Below, piece by piece: positions 19,932-28,742 of a stretch of 64,000 nucleotides of DNA. The stretch spans positions 64,001 through 128,000 of the IMG/VR virus record IMGVR_UViG_3300028591_000085; one strand, 5' to 3'. Position numbers and translations under genes: made by a program. How positions within the stretch are numbered: the stretch's first letter is position 1; the number at the start of each line of letters is the position of its first letter. Below the pieces are notes generated by a model. It was not told the DNA's origin. It made no database searches and saw only the letters and a list, made by a program, of their open reading frames with translations. Origin of the DNA: a virus. Its lineage: Duplodnaviria > Caudoviricetes.

Positions 19932-20846
19932 TTGATGAATATGGATGATAATTTATCACTTTTTCGAGAAGAAACTATTTACAGTGGCACTAATAATAAA
20001 TATCCAGTTTTTATAGTTCTTACATATAGCGATAATCCTATTGGGATAGCTATTCGTAAATTTACTGGAGCTGAATGGAGCCATTGTCTAATTGCGTTTA
20101 ATCCTGAATTAGACCCCATGTATTCATTCGCAACACGTACTCAACTTAGTAATGAAAAATTATCAAAAATGGGTTTTGTATATCAAAATAGTAAAGATAA
20201 TTTTTATGCATTAAAAAAATCTAAATATGTTGTATATGTGATGTTTGTAAATAAAGCTGCAATAACTGCTATGAAAAATCGGTGCCAGTATTTTATGAAT
20301 CATGAAAAAGAAAGTAAATATGATTTTAAAGGATTAATTGATATATTTAGAGGAAAAGATACCGAATCGCACCAGAAATATTTCTGTAGTAGATTTGTAG
20401 CTGAAATATTAGCACAGGGTGTTAAATTGGATAAGTTACCATCATTATATCAACCGGAAGATTTTAAAAATTTTAATAATATATCACTGGTCAATGCTGG
20501 TAATGATTTATATTTTTATAACCCTAATGTGACTAAAAAAAATTTAGAATATATAAAACATAAAAAATTTATAAAGGTTGAACCACAGGGTGAACAAATA
20601 TTTTACAATAATAGAATTATTGGAGAAGGGTCTGATAATACAATGAATGAATTTAATGAAAGAATAATATTTAAAGAATATGCTCGGGGGATAATTGATA
20701 AAAACCATTATGATATGCTAATTGAATCATTATCTACACCTGCTACACCAATAGAAATTCGAGTTAACTCTTCAAAACTTAATGATGATTTTATTGGGAA
20801 AAAGTTTATAGAACTAAAAGATGATTCAACAGTTCTCGTTAAATAA
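19932..20846 (+). CDS. Permuted papain-like NlpC/P60 (YiiX/YebB-like) protein, probably virion-associated
   Basis: His before Cys: WSHCLIAF...YFCSRFVAEIL. Confidence 0.75.
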   Translation: MMNMDDNLSLFREETIYSGTNNKYPVFIVLTYSDNPIGIAIRKFTGAEWSHCLIAFNPELDPMYSFATRTQLSNEKLSKMGFVYQNSKDNFYALKKSKYVVYVMFVNKAAITAMKNRCQYFMNHEKESKYDFKGLIDIFRGKDTESHQKYFCSRFVAEILAQGVKLDKLPSLYQPEDFKNFNNISLVNAGNDLYFYNPNVTKKNLEYIKHKKFIKVEPQGEQIFYNNRIIGEGSDNTMNEFNERIIFKEYARGIIDKNHYDMLIESLSTPATPIEIRVNSSKLNDDFIGKKFIELKDDSTVLVK

Positions 20847-20867
20847 GTAAGGAAGGGTGAATGGTTT

Positions 20868-21416
20868 ATGATAGATATAAACATGTATCAAGTGATGTTT
20901 GAGAAATATATTGATGATAAAATTGACGAAACACATTTCGATAAATTTGTTGAAAGTCTAAGTTCCCCAATTTTTCTTGGATGTAAAGTTAATTTAATTA
21001 GTAGTAAAGTTGAGAAAAAAGTTAATCCAAAAAAAGAAACTGTTGAAAATATTAATAGAGCTATTGGAATATATAATTCTAACTTAGCGATGAAAAAAAG
21101 ACTTGATGATGAGCTTGCAGATTCAGTTTTTCAGATTCTTCAATTAGAAGATAATAAAGACAGTTCTTCTGTATGGAAATATATAAAAATTAAAATGATA
21201 GATAGCTCGATTAAAGATAGTCAATATGTGATATTTACTTGTTATGCTGAACCAACAGCTATTTTTTATAAAACTTTAGCTGAAAAAAAATTAATTAAAA
21301 ATGTTGGTAAAGTTTCTTTTATTATTACTGCTAAAGTTCCATTAGTAAGTGATGCAATAAATGATAATTACCTAAATAGTGAATTCTGTAGTGTAAGTGT
21401 AAAAAAGAAAAAATAA
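20868..21416 (+). CDS. Hypothetical, probable head-associated protein
   Basis: 182 aa; N-terminus resembles the C-terminal motif of the upstream ORF. Confidence 0.6.
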   Translation: MIDINMYQVMFEKYIDDKIDETHFDKFVESLSSPIFLGCKVNLISSKVEKKVNPKKETVENINRAIGIYNSNLAMKKRLDDELADSVFQILQLEDNKDSSSVWKYIKIKMIDSSIKDSQYVIFTCYAEPTAIFYKTLAEKKLIKNVGKVSFIITAKVPLVSDAINDNYLNSEFCSVSVKKKK

Positions 21417-21418
21417 TT

Positions 21419-21457
21419 ATAAAGGCTCCGTATACAATATGTATACGGAGCCTTTAT
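21419..21457. terminator. Bidirectional terminator
   Basis: ATAAAGGCTCCGTATACA-ATA-TGTATACGGAGCCTTTAT. Confidence 0.85.
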
Positions 21458-21469
21458 CTTTCATCGATC

Positions 21470-21649
21470 TCATTTGACGAAAAAGAGCTCGATGAGGTCG
21501 TTGATAAATATCATGACCTCATCGAGCGTTATGGTCTCCTTTCTGTCTCCTTTTAACCATATCATTAATCTCTCGATGGTCATTATCGTCCATACAAAAA
21601 CTATGATGGCTGCAACCGCTGTTGCAAGAATAACGTTGAGTATCGTCAT
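21470..21649 (-). CDS. 59-aa small membrane protein (absent from the ORF track)
   Basis: MTILNVILATAVAAIIVFVWTIMTIERLMIWLKGDRKETITLDEVMIFINDLIELFFVK*, GAAAGGA RBS, own promoter. Confidence 0.75.
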   Translation of the reverse strand: MTILNVILATAVAAIIVFVWTIMTIERLMIWLKGDRKETITLDEVMIFINDLIELFFVK

Positions 21650-21703
21650 AATATGTCCTTTCTCCCCTTGACGCTGGGGATGACGAAATTATATATGTGA
21701 TGA

Positions 21704-21768
21704 ATTCATTATACGAAACCTTACGTCTTACTTTCTTCTATTAGAAATGCGTAAGTTGTATAATGAAT
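21704..21768 (-). ncRNA. Structured 5'-leader, motif 1 copy B
   Basis: TTATAC-AACTTACG-CA-TTTCT(AATAGA)AGAAA-GTAAGA-CGTAAGGTT-TC-GTATAA. Confidence 0.7.
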
Positions 21769-21781
21769 ATTATTCATTATA

Positions 21782-21861
21782 CACGGAGATAGTATATCAT
21801 TGAAGAAATTGAGTTTACGGATAAAAGTATAAGCAAAACAAATAATTAAGTTAATAAATTA
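21782..21861. repeat. ~80-bp direct repeat 2: back-to-back early/late promoters
   Basis: Copy of 19839-19918. Confidence 0.8.
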
Positions 21862-21898
21862 CTTTAATAATATTTTTTTAGATTGGAGTGAATCAAGA

Positions 21899-23731
21899 AT
21901 GTCGTATATAAATAAAGAACGGATTCTTAACGAATCTCCGATTAAAAGATTATTAATCGGATATGACAATTTGAAAGAAAATTATACAAAAGAAAATGCT
22001 GAAGAATATTCTCATTTATACGAGAATCTTCCTCTATCTACAATTTTAGAATACTCTGAGTATATTTTTAAAGAGCCATTTTATGGTTATGAATTTTATT
22101 CGGATATTCTTACTGGGGATGAGGACTATGCGGCATTTCCTAAGTATGAAGTTGAGCTGGATAAAATCAATAGATACATAGATGAGAATCAGGATAAGAT
22201 GAGTTCTGAGCAACTTAATATGTATACTAATTTAAGAGAAAAAATAATCAATAAAATGAATGAAAGCAAGAATACTACAGTAATTACTAAGTGTATAGAC
22301 GAAAAGATTCCTAGGGAAAATGTGGATACATTAACAGCAGTATCTGATGCTCTTTATGATTATAAAAGAGGATTAGTTAATAATGATTATCAAAAGTGTG
22401 CACAAGCAAAAGAAGTTCTTGCAAAGACTATAGGGAATAACGATAAAGAAACATTTTTTGTATATGCACCTTTTGCTGCTAAAGTAATATCAGATTCATC
22501 TATTATAGATGATAATATAAATAAATTCTGTAATGATCATAGTGATACGCAGTCTATAAAGGAGTCTGTTTTATTTACAAATGATATGGAAAATATTGTT
22601 TTGCTAAATAAGCTTTATTCTGATAAGTGTTATAGAGAAGCTGTTTCAAGCATTCCTAATAAATATAGTAAAGTTATTTTTACAGAATTAGCATCATGTG
22701 ATATAGCTCCTAATATCGATGAAATTATAACTGAAAAAGTTGATACTTTGGAGACATACTATACAACTCCACATAATGCAGTTAATGATATTTTTAATGA
22801 TGACTTTGATAGAGTGATGTATCAAGACGAATATGATGATTATCTTAAAACTAACTATGGTGCAAGATTAAATATTTTTGAAAAGATGCGCGATTATATA
22901 ACAAAAGAATATCAAACGTGTGATGATACAAATGCTAATATTGTAGGATATTCTAATTTCTTTAATGAAGGTACTACAATTGAAGAAGCATTTAAAATAA
23001 TAAATGAGAAATGTGAAGAAACTGAACGGATGGTTTATTTATATACTGAAAAACCCATCGATCCTAATGAGGAAGTATCTGACGAAGATATAGATGAGAT
23101 GGATAAAAGTATAAATAATGATGAACCTGATGAAACATCTAATAAATCTGGTGTTGATGTTAAGTCTGATAGTAAATCTATCGAAACGCCAAAAAAACTT
23201 AAAGCCCCTAAGCCGACTGATACTGCAACTGGTATACAGAATAAAGCTATGGATATGGAAGTGCGGCAAAATAAACTCAGAGCTAATATTAAGCAAAAGG
23301 GGCAGACTATCATGAATGCCGCGAAGGCTGTTGCACAGCTTCCTAAGAATATTATTGGTGACATCAAAGAACAGATTAAAATGGTCGATGATAAAGATGA
23401 TGTTCGTAGAGAGAAGTATATGCGAGAGCCGGGATTTAGAAAAAAAGCATTTCGTAATTTAAAACTTGCTTTATTGTATGGTAGTGCTGCTAGAGTTAAT
23501 TTAGGTTTAATTCCGGTAGTTGGTATATGCAGGCATTATAGCAAACAAAAAGACGTAAGAATCAGAAATCAGTTAGTAACTGAAATTGAAACTAATATTA
23601 AGATATGTGAAGAAAAAATCAATGACGCTAATGCTGAAGGTGATAAGAAAGAAAAATATCGTTTAATGCGTATCAGAGATCAGCTTACTACTGAAAGAAA
23701 TCGCGTTAGATATAATAGTAAATATATTTAA
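21899..23731 (+). CDS. Virion (head-associated) protein
   Basis: 610 aa, late promoter, upstream of the capsid cluster, acidic linker. Confidence 0.55.
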   Translation: MSYINKERILNESPIKRLLIGYDNLKENYTKENAEEYSHLYENLPLSTILEYSEYIFKEPFYGYEFYSDILTGDEDYAAFPKYEVELDKINRYIDENQDKMSSEQLNMYTNLREKIINKMNESKNTTVITKCIDEKIPRENVDTLTAVSDALYDYKRGLVNNDYQKCAQAKEVLAKTIGNNDKETFFVYAPFAAKVISDSSIIDDNINKFCNDHSDTQSIKESVLFTNDMENIVLLNKLYSDKCYREAVSSIPNKYSKVIFTELASCDIAPNIDEIITEKVDTLETYYTTPHNAVNDIFNDDFDRVMYQDEYDDYLKTNYGARLNIFEKMRDYITKEYQTCDDTNANIVGYSNFFNEGTTIEEAFKIINEKCEETERMVYLYTEKPIDPNEEVSDEDIDEMDKSINNDEPDETSNKSGVDVKSDSKSIETPKKLKAPKPTDTATGIQNKAMDMEVRQNKLRANIKQKGQTIMNAAKAVAQLPKNIIGDIKEQIKMVDDKDDVRREKYMREPGFRKKAFRNLKLALLYGSAARVNLGLIPVVGICRHYSKQKDVRIRNQLVTEIETNIKICEEKINDANAEGDKKEKYRLMRIRDQLTTERNRVRYNSKYI

Positions 23732-23745
23732 GGGTAGTGATCTAG

Positions 23746-25110
23746 ATGATAGAACAGATACTCCATGAAGAAAAACCAAAGTATGGAAAATATTTTTTAG
23801 CAACTGAGGCTCCAAAAAAGAAGGCTAGTAATTCTAATGTTAAAATTACAAGGAAAAAAAATACCTTTGATAATTTCGCACTTAATGATGCAGAAGATTT
23901 AGCAGTCGATGATATGGATTTTGATGGAACTGATGATTTAGATGATGTTGATTCTTTTGATGGAATGTCATTAGATGATGTTGTTGAACCTGATCCGGTT
24001 GAAATCCCTAATCCTAATAGCCGACAAAAAGTAGTAAATTCAGTTGCAGATATTAAAAAGAAACCCAAAGTAACTGAAAATGATTTAGATAAATTTGATG
24101 GGCCTGATGAAATACCATCACCAATTGAAGCTCCCAGTGAAGACAATGGTCCTGCTCCAATTGAAACACCTAATCCTGGACCTGAGCCAATTGAATCTCC
24201 CAGTGAAGACGATGGTCCTGCTCCGATAGAGTCACCGGATGGTGGTGGGGGAGATGGACCTGCTCCAATTGAAGCTCCCAGTGAAGATGATGGTCCTGCT
24301 CCAATTGAAACACCTGATCAAGGTCCTACTCCAATTGAAGCTCCGTCTGATGTACAAGTAGATACCCCATCAAATAATGAGGAACCTGCTGCAATACCAC
24401 CTCCTGAAGATGGTGGAGATGGTGGTCCTGAGCCAATTGAATCTCCCAGTGAAGATGATGGTCCTGCTCCGATAGAGTCACCGGATGGTGGCGGGGGAGA
24501 TGGACCTGCTCCAATTGAAGCTCCGTCTGATGTACAAGTAGATACCCCATCAAATAATGAGGAACCTGCTGCAATACCACCTCCTGAAGATGGTGGAGAT
24601 GATGGTCCGGCACCTATAGCATCACCTGATAATAATGGTGATCCCAATAATCAGCAGCCTGATAATGGAGATGGTCCGGCACCTATAGCATCACCTGATA
24701 ATAATGGTGATCCCAATAATCAGCAGCCCGATACCAATTTTAATAATCAAACTGATAATCAACAAAATAATCCTAATAATCAAAATCAAAATAATCCTCC
24801 TGGTGCTGAATATGATTCTACCAGAAAGTATTTATTATTTAAAGAATATATGTCTTTATATAATGCTATTGATAATTATATATTTAAATTAGAAGATAGT
24901 ATTAATGATGATTTAAAAGCAAATCAAATTATTAAAACTGCTGTAAATAAATTAAGAGAAATAAAAGAATTAATTTATGACTATATACTAATTAAATTTG
25001 ATAATAATACTTATGTGCAATCTTTACTATTTTATCAAAATCTAATTGTATCTGTGCAGATAGTATTTAGATTTTTAGGTGATATAGAAAGACAAAATAA
25101 ATATGATTAA
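23746..25110 (+). CDS. Acidic Pro-rich repeat protein, probably head-associated
   Basis: About 15 (D)GPxPI(E/A)(S/A/T)P repeats and a helical C-terminal domain. Confidence 0.6.
   Translation: MIEQILHEEKPKYGKYFLATEAPKKKASNSNVKITRKKNTFDNFALNDAEDLAVDDMDFDGTDDLDDVDSFDGMSLDDVVEPDPVEIPNPNSRQKVVNSVADIKKKPKVTENDLDKFDGPDEIPSPIEAPSEDNGPAPIETPNPGPEPIESPSEDDGPAPIESPDGGGGDGPAPIEAPSEDDGPAPIETPDQGPTPIEAPSDVQVDTPSNNEEPAAIPPPEDGGDGGPEPIESPSEDDGPAPIESPDGGGGDGPAPIEAPSDVQVDTPSNNEEPAAIPPPEDGGDDGPAPIASPDNNGDPNNQQPDNGDGPAPIASPDNNGDPNNQQPDTNFNNQTDNQQNNPNNQNQNNPPGAEYDSTRKYLLFKEYMSLYNAIDNYIFKLEDSINDDLKANQIIKTAVNKLREIKELIYDYILIKFDNNTYVQSLLFYQNLIVSVQIVFRFLGDIERQNKYD
24106..24732 (+). repeat. Intragenic repeats encoding GPAPIExP units
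   Basis: Near-exact DNA duplications at offsets of 246, 180 and 69 bp. Confidence 0.9.
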
Positions 25111-25150
25111 AAAAAGTTAATTACCTTGAAAATACGTAGATTAAACAATA

Positions 25151-25163
25151 AACATTAAATTAA
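25151..25163 (+). promoter_or_regulatory. Late promoter AACA-N6-TAA
   Basis: AACA-TTAAAT-TAA upstream of the capsid gene. Confidence 0.6.
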
Positions 25164-25271
25164 TTATAGTTAATTCGAATGGATTAGCTACCGACTTGTG
25201 TTTATACTTGTCGGATTGTACACAATTTTATTTTTACACTAATCTATTTTTTATGAAGGAGTGAATTATAA

Positions 25272-27077
25272 ATGCTTACATTTTTAAGTGAGTCGGCTAA
25301 GGATTTTAAAGAGACTGCTACTGTAGGTGGTTTTACCTCTGGACATTCCAATGGTTTCGACGATATTTTTACTGAGGCCTATGATTCAATGCTCGCAAAT
25401 GGTATTGATGTAATGGTCGACATTAATCCGATGATTCGGAATAAGGCTAAGCTGAATGCATTCAAGGACGCTCTCATTGGTGAGCTTAAAACTGAATGTG
25501 CAAACATGGCTGATACTGAGGGTGAGTTTGGTACTCATGCCCATCTGTATGATCAGGTATCTGATATGTTTGATAACTGTGTGGAGGACTTCTATAAGGA
25601 GTCAACTAAGGTTCCTCAGCTTCTCCCGATTAAGGCTATTGATTTCCCGATTCTGGTAAAGCAGCAGCTTAAGCTTGCTACTAAGGATATTATCCAGACC
25701 GAGGTTACTAAGAGCCCCATTATCAAGAAGCATATTGAGCAGACCTATATCGTTGATAACAATGATAAGACTAGAAGATGGAAGTATCCTCAGTGCTTCT
25801 TCACTGATGATTTCAAGGAGATCTTCAAGGCTGGTAAGGGTCTTCCGATTAAGAATACTCCTGTAAACCTTCCTGTTTCTAATCTTAATGTACCTGCTGT
25901 TCTGACTGATGCGGATGCAGTTGGTTCCAAGACTAATTCAGGTCGTGAGAATTTCACAATGGATCTTAAGATCACTAAGGTTCTTGTAGAGGATCCTGAT
26001 GATGATACTAAGACTATTACTGTAACTCTTCCCCGTCCCATGAGAATCAATCTTTCTGATAATCAGTGGCTCGGCGGTAAGATTGATACTACTGTTATCG
26101 GTTCTAATGGTACAGAAGCTCATATTACTGACCATATTATGGGTGTTGCAGACTTTGTTGCTAATACTACTTCTCTTGCAGCAGTAGAAGGCAATGTAAA
26201 GGCTGTTATCTTTGATGGTTATCTCTCGAATGAGAAGAACGAGAGACACGTAACGTTCGATTATGCACGCGAAGAGATCGAGTGGAAGATCGAAGACGGT
26301 ACTCGTGTAAACGTTCCTTACTCCCTTGAGGAGCTTGAGGACGCTAAGGCTCTTATGGACATCGACCTCTATAAGAAGACTTACAATAATCTGTCTGACT
26401 ACATGACTCAGATGGAGGATTCTACTATTCTCGCATGGCTCGACGATCAGTTCAATCTCTACGATGGTGTTGAGATTTCTCAGGACGATATCCTCGGTTG
26501 GGGTTCGTTTATCACCAAGAGAGTATTTGACTGCGATTCTACTTCGCTGACTACTGCTCTGCCTAATGAGTACATTGAGAAGATGCTCAAGTTTAAGATC
26601 GACAGACTTATCATCGATATCTGCGATAAGGCTAAGCTTGAGGATATGACTTTCGTTATCTACGGTAACCCGAGATTCATTTCTCTCCTCAATCCCGTAG
26701 TTAACTGGATTACCAGACCCGGTTCCACCGCTAATGGTGTTAAGCTTGATTATAGCTATGGCATCATGACTTCCGGTGATGTTAAGGTACAGGTTGTATC
26801 TACTAAGAAGGTTAATGCTTCTTATGATGACGACAAGAAGGAGTTCTCTGGTATCAGAATTATTCCGTTCCCGCTGTCTAATGAGCAGTTTACCTTCAAG
26901 CACTACAAGTACACCACTCATATTCTGACCGCTCAGAATAGTGCGTACCGTGCTCCTGATCTCCCGGGTGGTTCTATGACCAACCTGATGGGTGTATCTC
27001 GTTATACGAATGCTGCTATCCAGGGTATCCAGGCGCAGCTTAAGTTCGCTAACGCTGAGACTTACATCGAGATCTAA
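25272..27077 (+). CDS. Major capsid protein precursor
   Basis: 601 aa; strongest high-expression codon bias in the window; own promoter and terminator; size and context fit a jumbo-phage capsid protein. Confidence 0.75.
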   Translation: MLTFLSESAKDFKETATVGGFTSGHSNGFDDIFTEAYDSMLANGIDVMVDINPMIRNKAKLNAFKDALIGELKTECANMADTEGEFGTHAHLYDQVSDMFDNCVEDFYKESTKVPQLLPIKAIDFPILVKQQLKLATKDIIQTEVTKSPIIKKHIEQTYIVDNNDKTRRWKYPQCFFTDDFKEIFKAGKGLPIKNTPVNLPVSNLNVPAVLTDADAVGSKTNSGRENFTMDLKITKVLVEDPDDDTKTITVTLPRPMRINLSDNQWLGGKIDTTVIGSNGTEAHITDHIMGVADFVANTTSLAAVEGNVKAVIFDGYLSNEKNERHVTFDYAREEIEWKIEDGTRVNVPYSLEELEDAKALMDIDLYKKTYNNLSDYMTQMEDSTILAWLDDQFNLYDGVEISQDDILGWGSFITKRVFDCDSTSLTTALPNEYIEKMLKFKIDRLIIDICDKAKLEDMTFVIYGNPRFISLLNPVVNWITRPGSTANGVKLDYSYGIMTSGDVKVQVVSTKKVNASYDDDKKEFSGIRIIPFPLSNEQFTFKHYKYTTHILTAQNSAYRAPDLPGGSMTNLMGVSRYTNAAIQGIQAQLKFANAETYIEI

Positions 27078-27110
27078 TTAATTTATATTTTAAGAATTTT
27101 ATAACATGAT

Positions 27111-27153
27111 ATCGTGGCTAAATGCAATTAAGCATTTAGCCACGATTTTTTTT
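27111..27153 (+). terminator. Intrinsic terminator of the capsid gene
   Basis: ATCGTGGCTAAATGC-AATTAA-GCATTTAGCCACGAT followed by a T tract. Confidence 0.9.
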
Positions 27154-27167
27154 AATAAAAAAAATAT

Positions 27168-27203
27168 AAAAAAATCCTCCCCCGAAATGTTTCGGGGGAG
27201 GAT
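27168..27203 (-). terminator. Intrinsic terminator for the minus-strand unit
   Basis: A tract then ATCCTCCCCCGAAA-TG-TTTCGGGGGAGGAT. Confidence 0.85.
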
Positions 27204-27245
27204 AATAAATTGAAACTGAAGGTGGATAAAGTAATCTGAATAAAT

Positions 27246-27740
27246 TTAGCTAAGCATAGCAGATAATTTAATTAAAATATTAGTTATCCTATCACCATTA
27301 ACAAGATTTTCACCAAGATACCCTTCATAAGTATCCATATTTAATCTTTCACCATTAAAGGATATCTCACTTATCTTTCTTTCATGAATAAATGACATAG
27401 AGTCACCATCCAATGTTAATGAAACGGTAATAGTCATGCCGAAATCAGAATTAGTTATCCCGATTATAAATACCGAATCAAGATTACTGTATTGGGTGTC
27501 ATTATAGAACGCAGAATATGATACGGTGATCGAGGATTTAGTTCCGTTATTTTCTGTAACAATAAATGGAGCTGACGGAAAATACCTAAAACCGATTAAC
27601 TTTGAGTCGTCACTCAAAAGATCCTTTACTTCACTACACGAATCGTCATTGATCAAAGTTTCAGAACCTTTTTTGTACAGCTTCCATATTGCGAGCCTTA
27701 AAGCCAGCTCAAATTCATCCATCTTCTTTATACCATTCAT
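27246..27740 (-). CDS. Accessory hypothetical protein
   Basis: 164 aa, AAGGAGG RBS, structured leader. Confidence 0.75.
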   Translation of the reverse strand: MNGIKKMDEFELALRLAIWKLYKKGSETLINDDSCSEVKDLLSDDSKLIGFRYFPSAPFIVTENNGTKSSITVSYSAFYNDTQYSNLDSVFIIGITNSDFGMTITVSLTLDGDSMSFIHERKISEISFNGERLNMDTYEGYLGENLVNGDRITNILIKLSAMLS

Positions 27741-27768
27741 TGAATAGTACCTCCTTATAATATTTACT

Positions 27769-27842
27769 TAAAAATATCATTCTGAACTTTACGAGTCTTA
27801 TTATCCACTAATTGGATTGCGTAAATTAAAATAATATTTTTA
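27769..27842 (-). ncRNA. Structured 5'-leader, motif 1 copy C
   Basis: AATTTACG-CA-ATCCA(ATTAG)TGGAT-AATAAGA-CT-CGTAAAGTT within a 15-bp outer stem; ATATATTAT at 27872-27880. Confidence 0.65.
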
Positions 27843-27883
27843 GCATACGTCCTTTATATTAAGACTAAAAAATAATATATAAT

Positions 27884-28612
27884 TTAATTCATATTGTCAT
27901 ATATAAAATCAGGAATTACCGATACATCTTTAATATTATTATTCATTAAATTATATACTTTTAATGTGAAAACGATATGGTGACGATATTCGATTATAAT
28001 GGTAACTCTGACATATCTACACATAATATCTACGTCGCCAAGATAATCTTTATATATATTATATAAAGCAATTCGCCTATCATCATCTTTGTGTTTGTTT
28101 TTAATCCAATTTAAAAAATTTATAGGTAATAATTTACCGTTTATAACTTGGTTTTTAGCGATATCATCCATTGTTGCTGATATATCATTTGCATATATTG
28201 GAAAAGATATTTTTCTAATATTAGGGATTAATATTCTATCATACCCAAGTCCTTTTCTATTAATAATCATTTGATATGTCCACTCATCAGTAAACTCTTC
28301 ACTGATAGATGGAAGTGCTATATTTTGAATTATTTCTTTTTCACATTTATTAGCATTAATGGGAAATAGTCGTTTTATATCATCAATGTCTTGTAGAAAC
28401 GCACTAATTTCATTCATCTTTTCACATAATGTATTGCGGATATCATTTATCATAATTGCAATGCTAGTGCTGTCAGCTTTCATATTTACATTAGGATAAT
28501 TTTCAGCGATTTCACATCCTCTTGTTAACATTTCATTTGCAAGAGTTGCAACAATGTAACATTTTTCAATAGCATCCTTAATGTTTATTCCTTCGTAATT
28601 ATTTTTTTCCAT
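27884..28612 (-). CDS. Hypothetical protein
   Basis: 242 aa, GGAGG RBS. Confidence 0.7.
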   Translation of the reverse strand: MEKNNYEGINIKDAIEKCYIVATLANEMLTRGCEIAENYPNVNMKADSTSIAIMINDIRNTLCEKMNEISAFLQDIDDIKRLFPINANKCEKEIIQNIALPSISEEFTDEWTYQMIINRKGLGYDRILIPNIRKISFPIYANDISATMDDIAKNQVINGKLLPINFLNWIKNKHKDDDRRIALYNIYKDYLGDVDIMCRYVRVTIIIEYRHHIVFTLKVYNLMNNNIKDVSVIPDFIYDNMN

Positions 28613-28742
28613 AATAAAAAACCTCCAGTAATATAAATATTATTTCTTTGTGTAGCAATATTTAAAAATCCATTATAGTAATAGTGATTGATAATATTTT
28701 AATAACGACATTAACATAATAAAATTATTATGAAAGGAGATT

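Noticed and set aside
21474-21671. 65-aa plus-strand ORF
   Set aside because: The opposite-strand 59-aa ORF has the RBS, promoter and terminator
24106-24732. CRISPR-like array
   Set aside because: The repeats are in-frame coding units without unique spacers, and there are no cas genes
25938-26921. 327-aa antisense ORF inside the capsid gene, and similar shadow ORFs (12555, 18326, 23742, 61559)
   Set aside because: Explained by codon bias of the sense gene; no RBS or recognisable motifs
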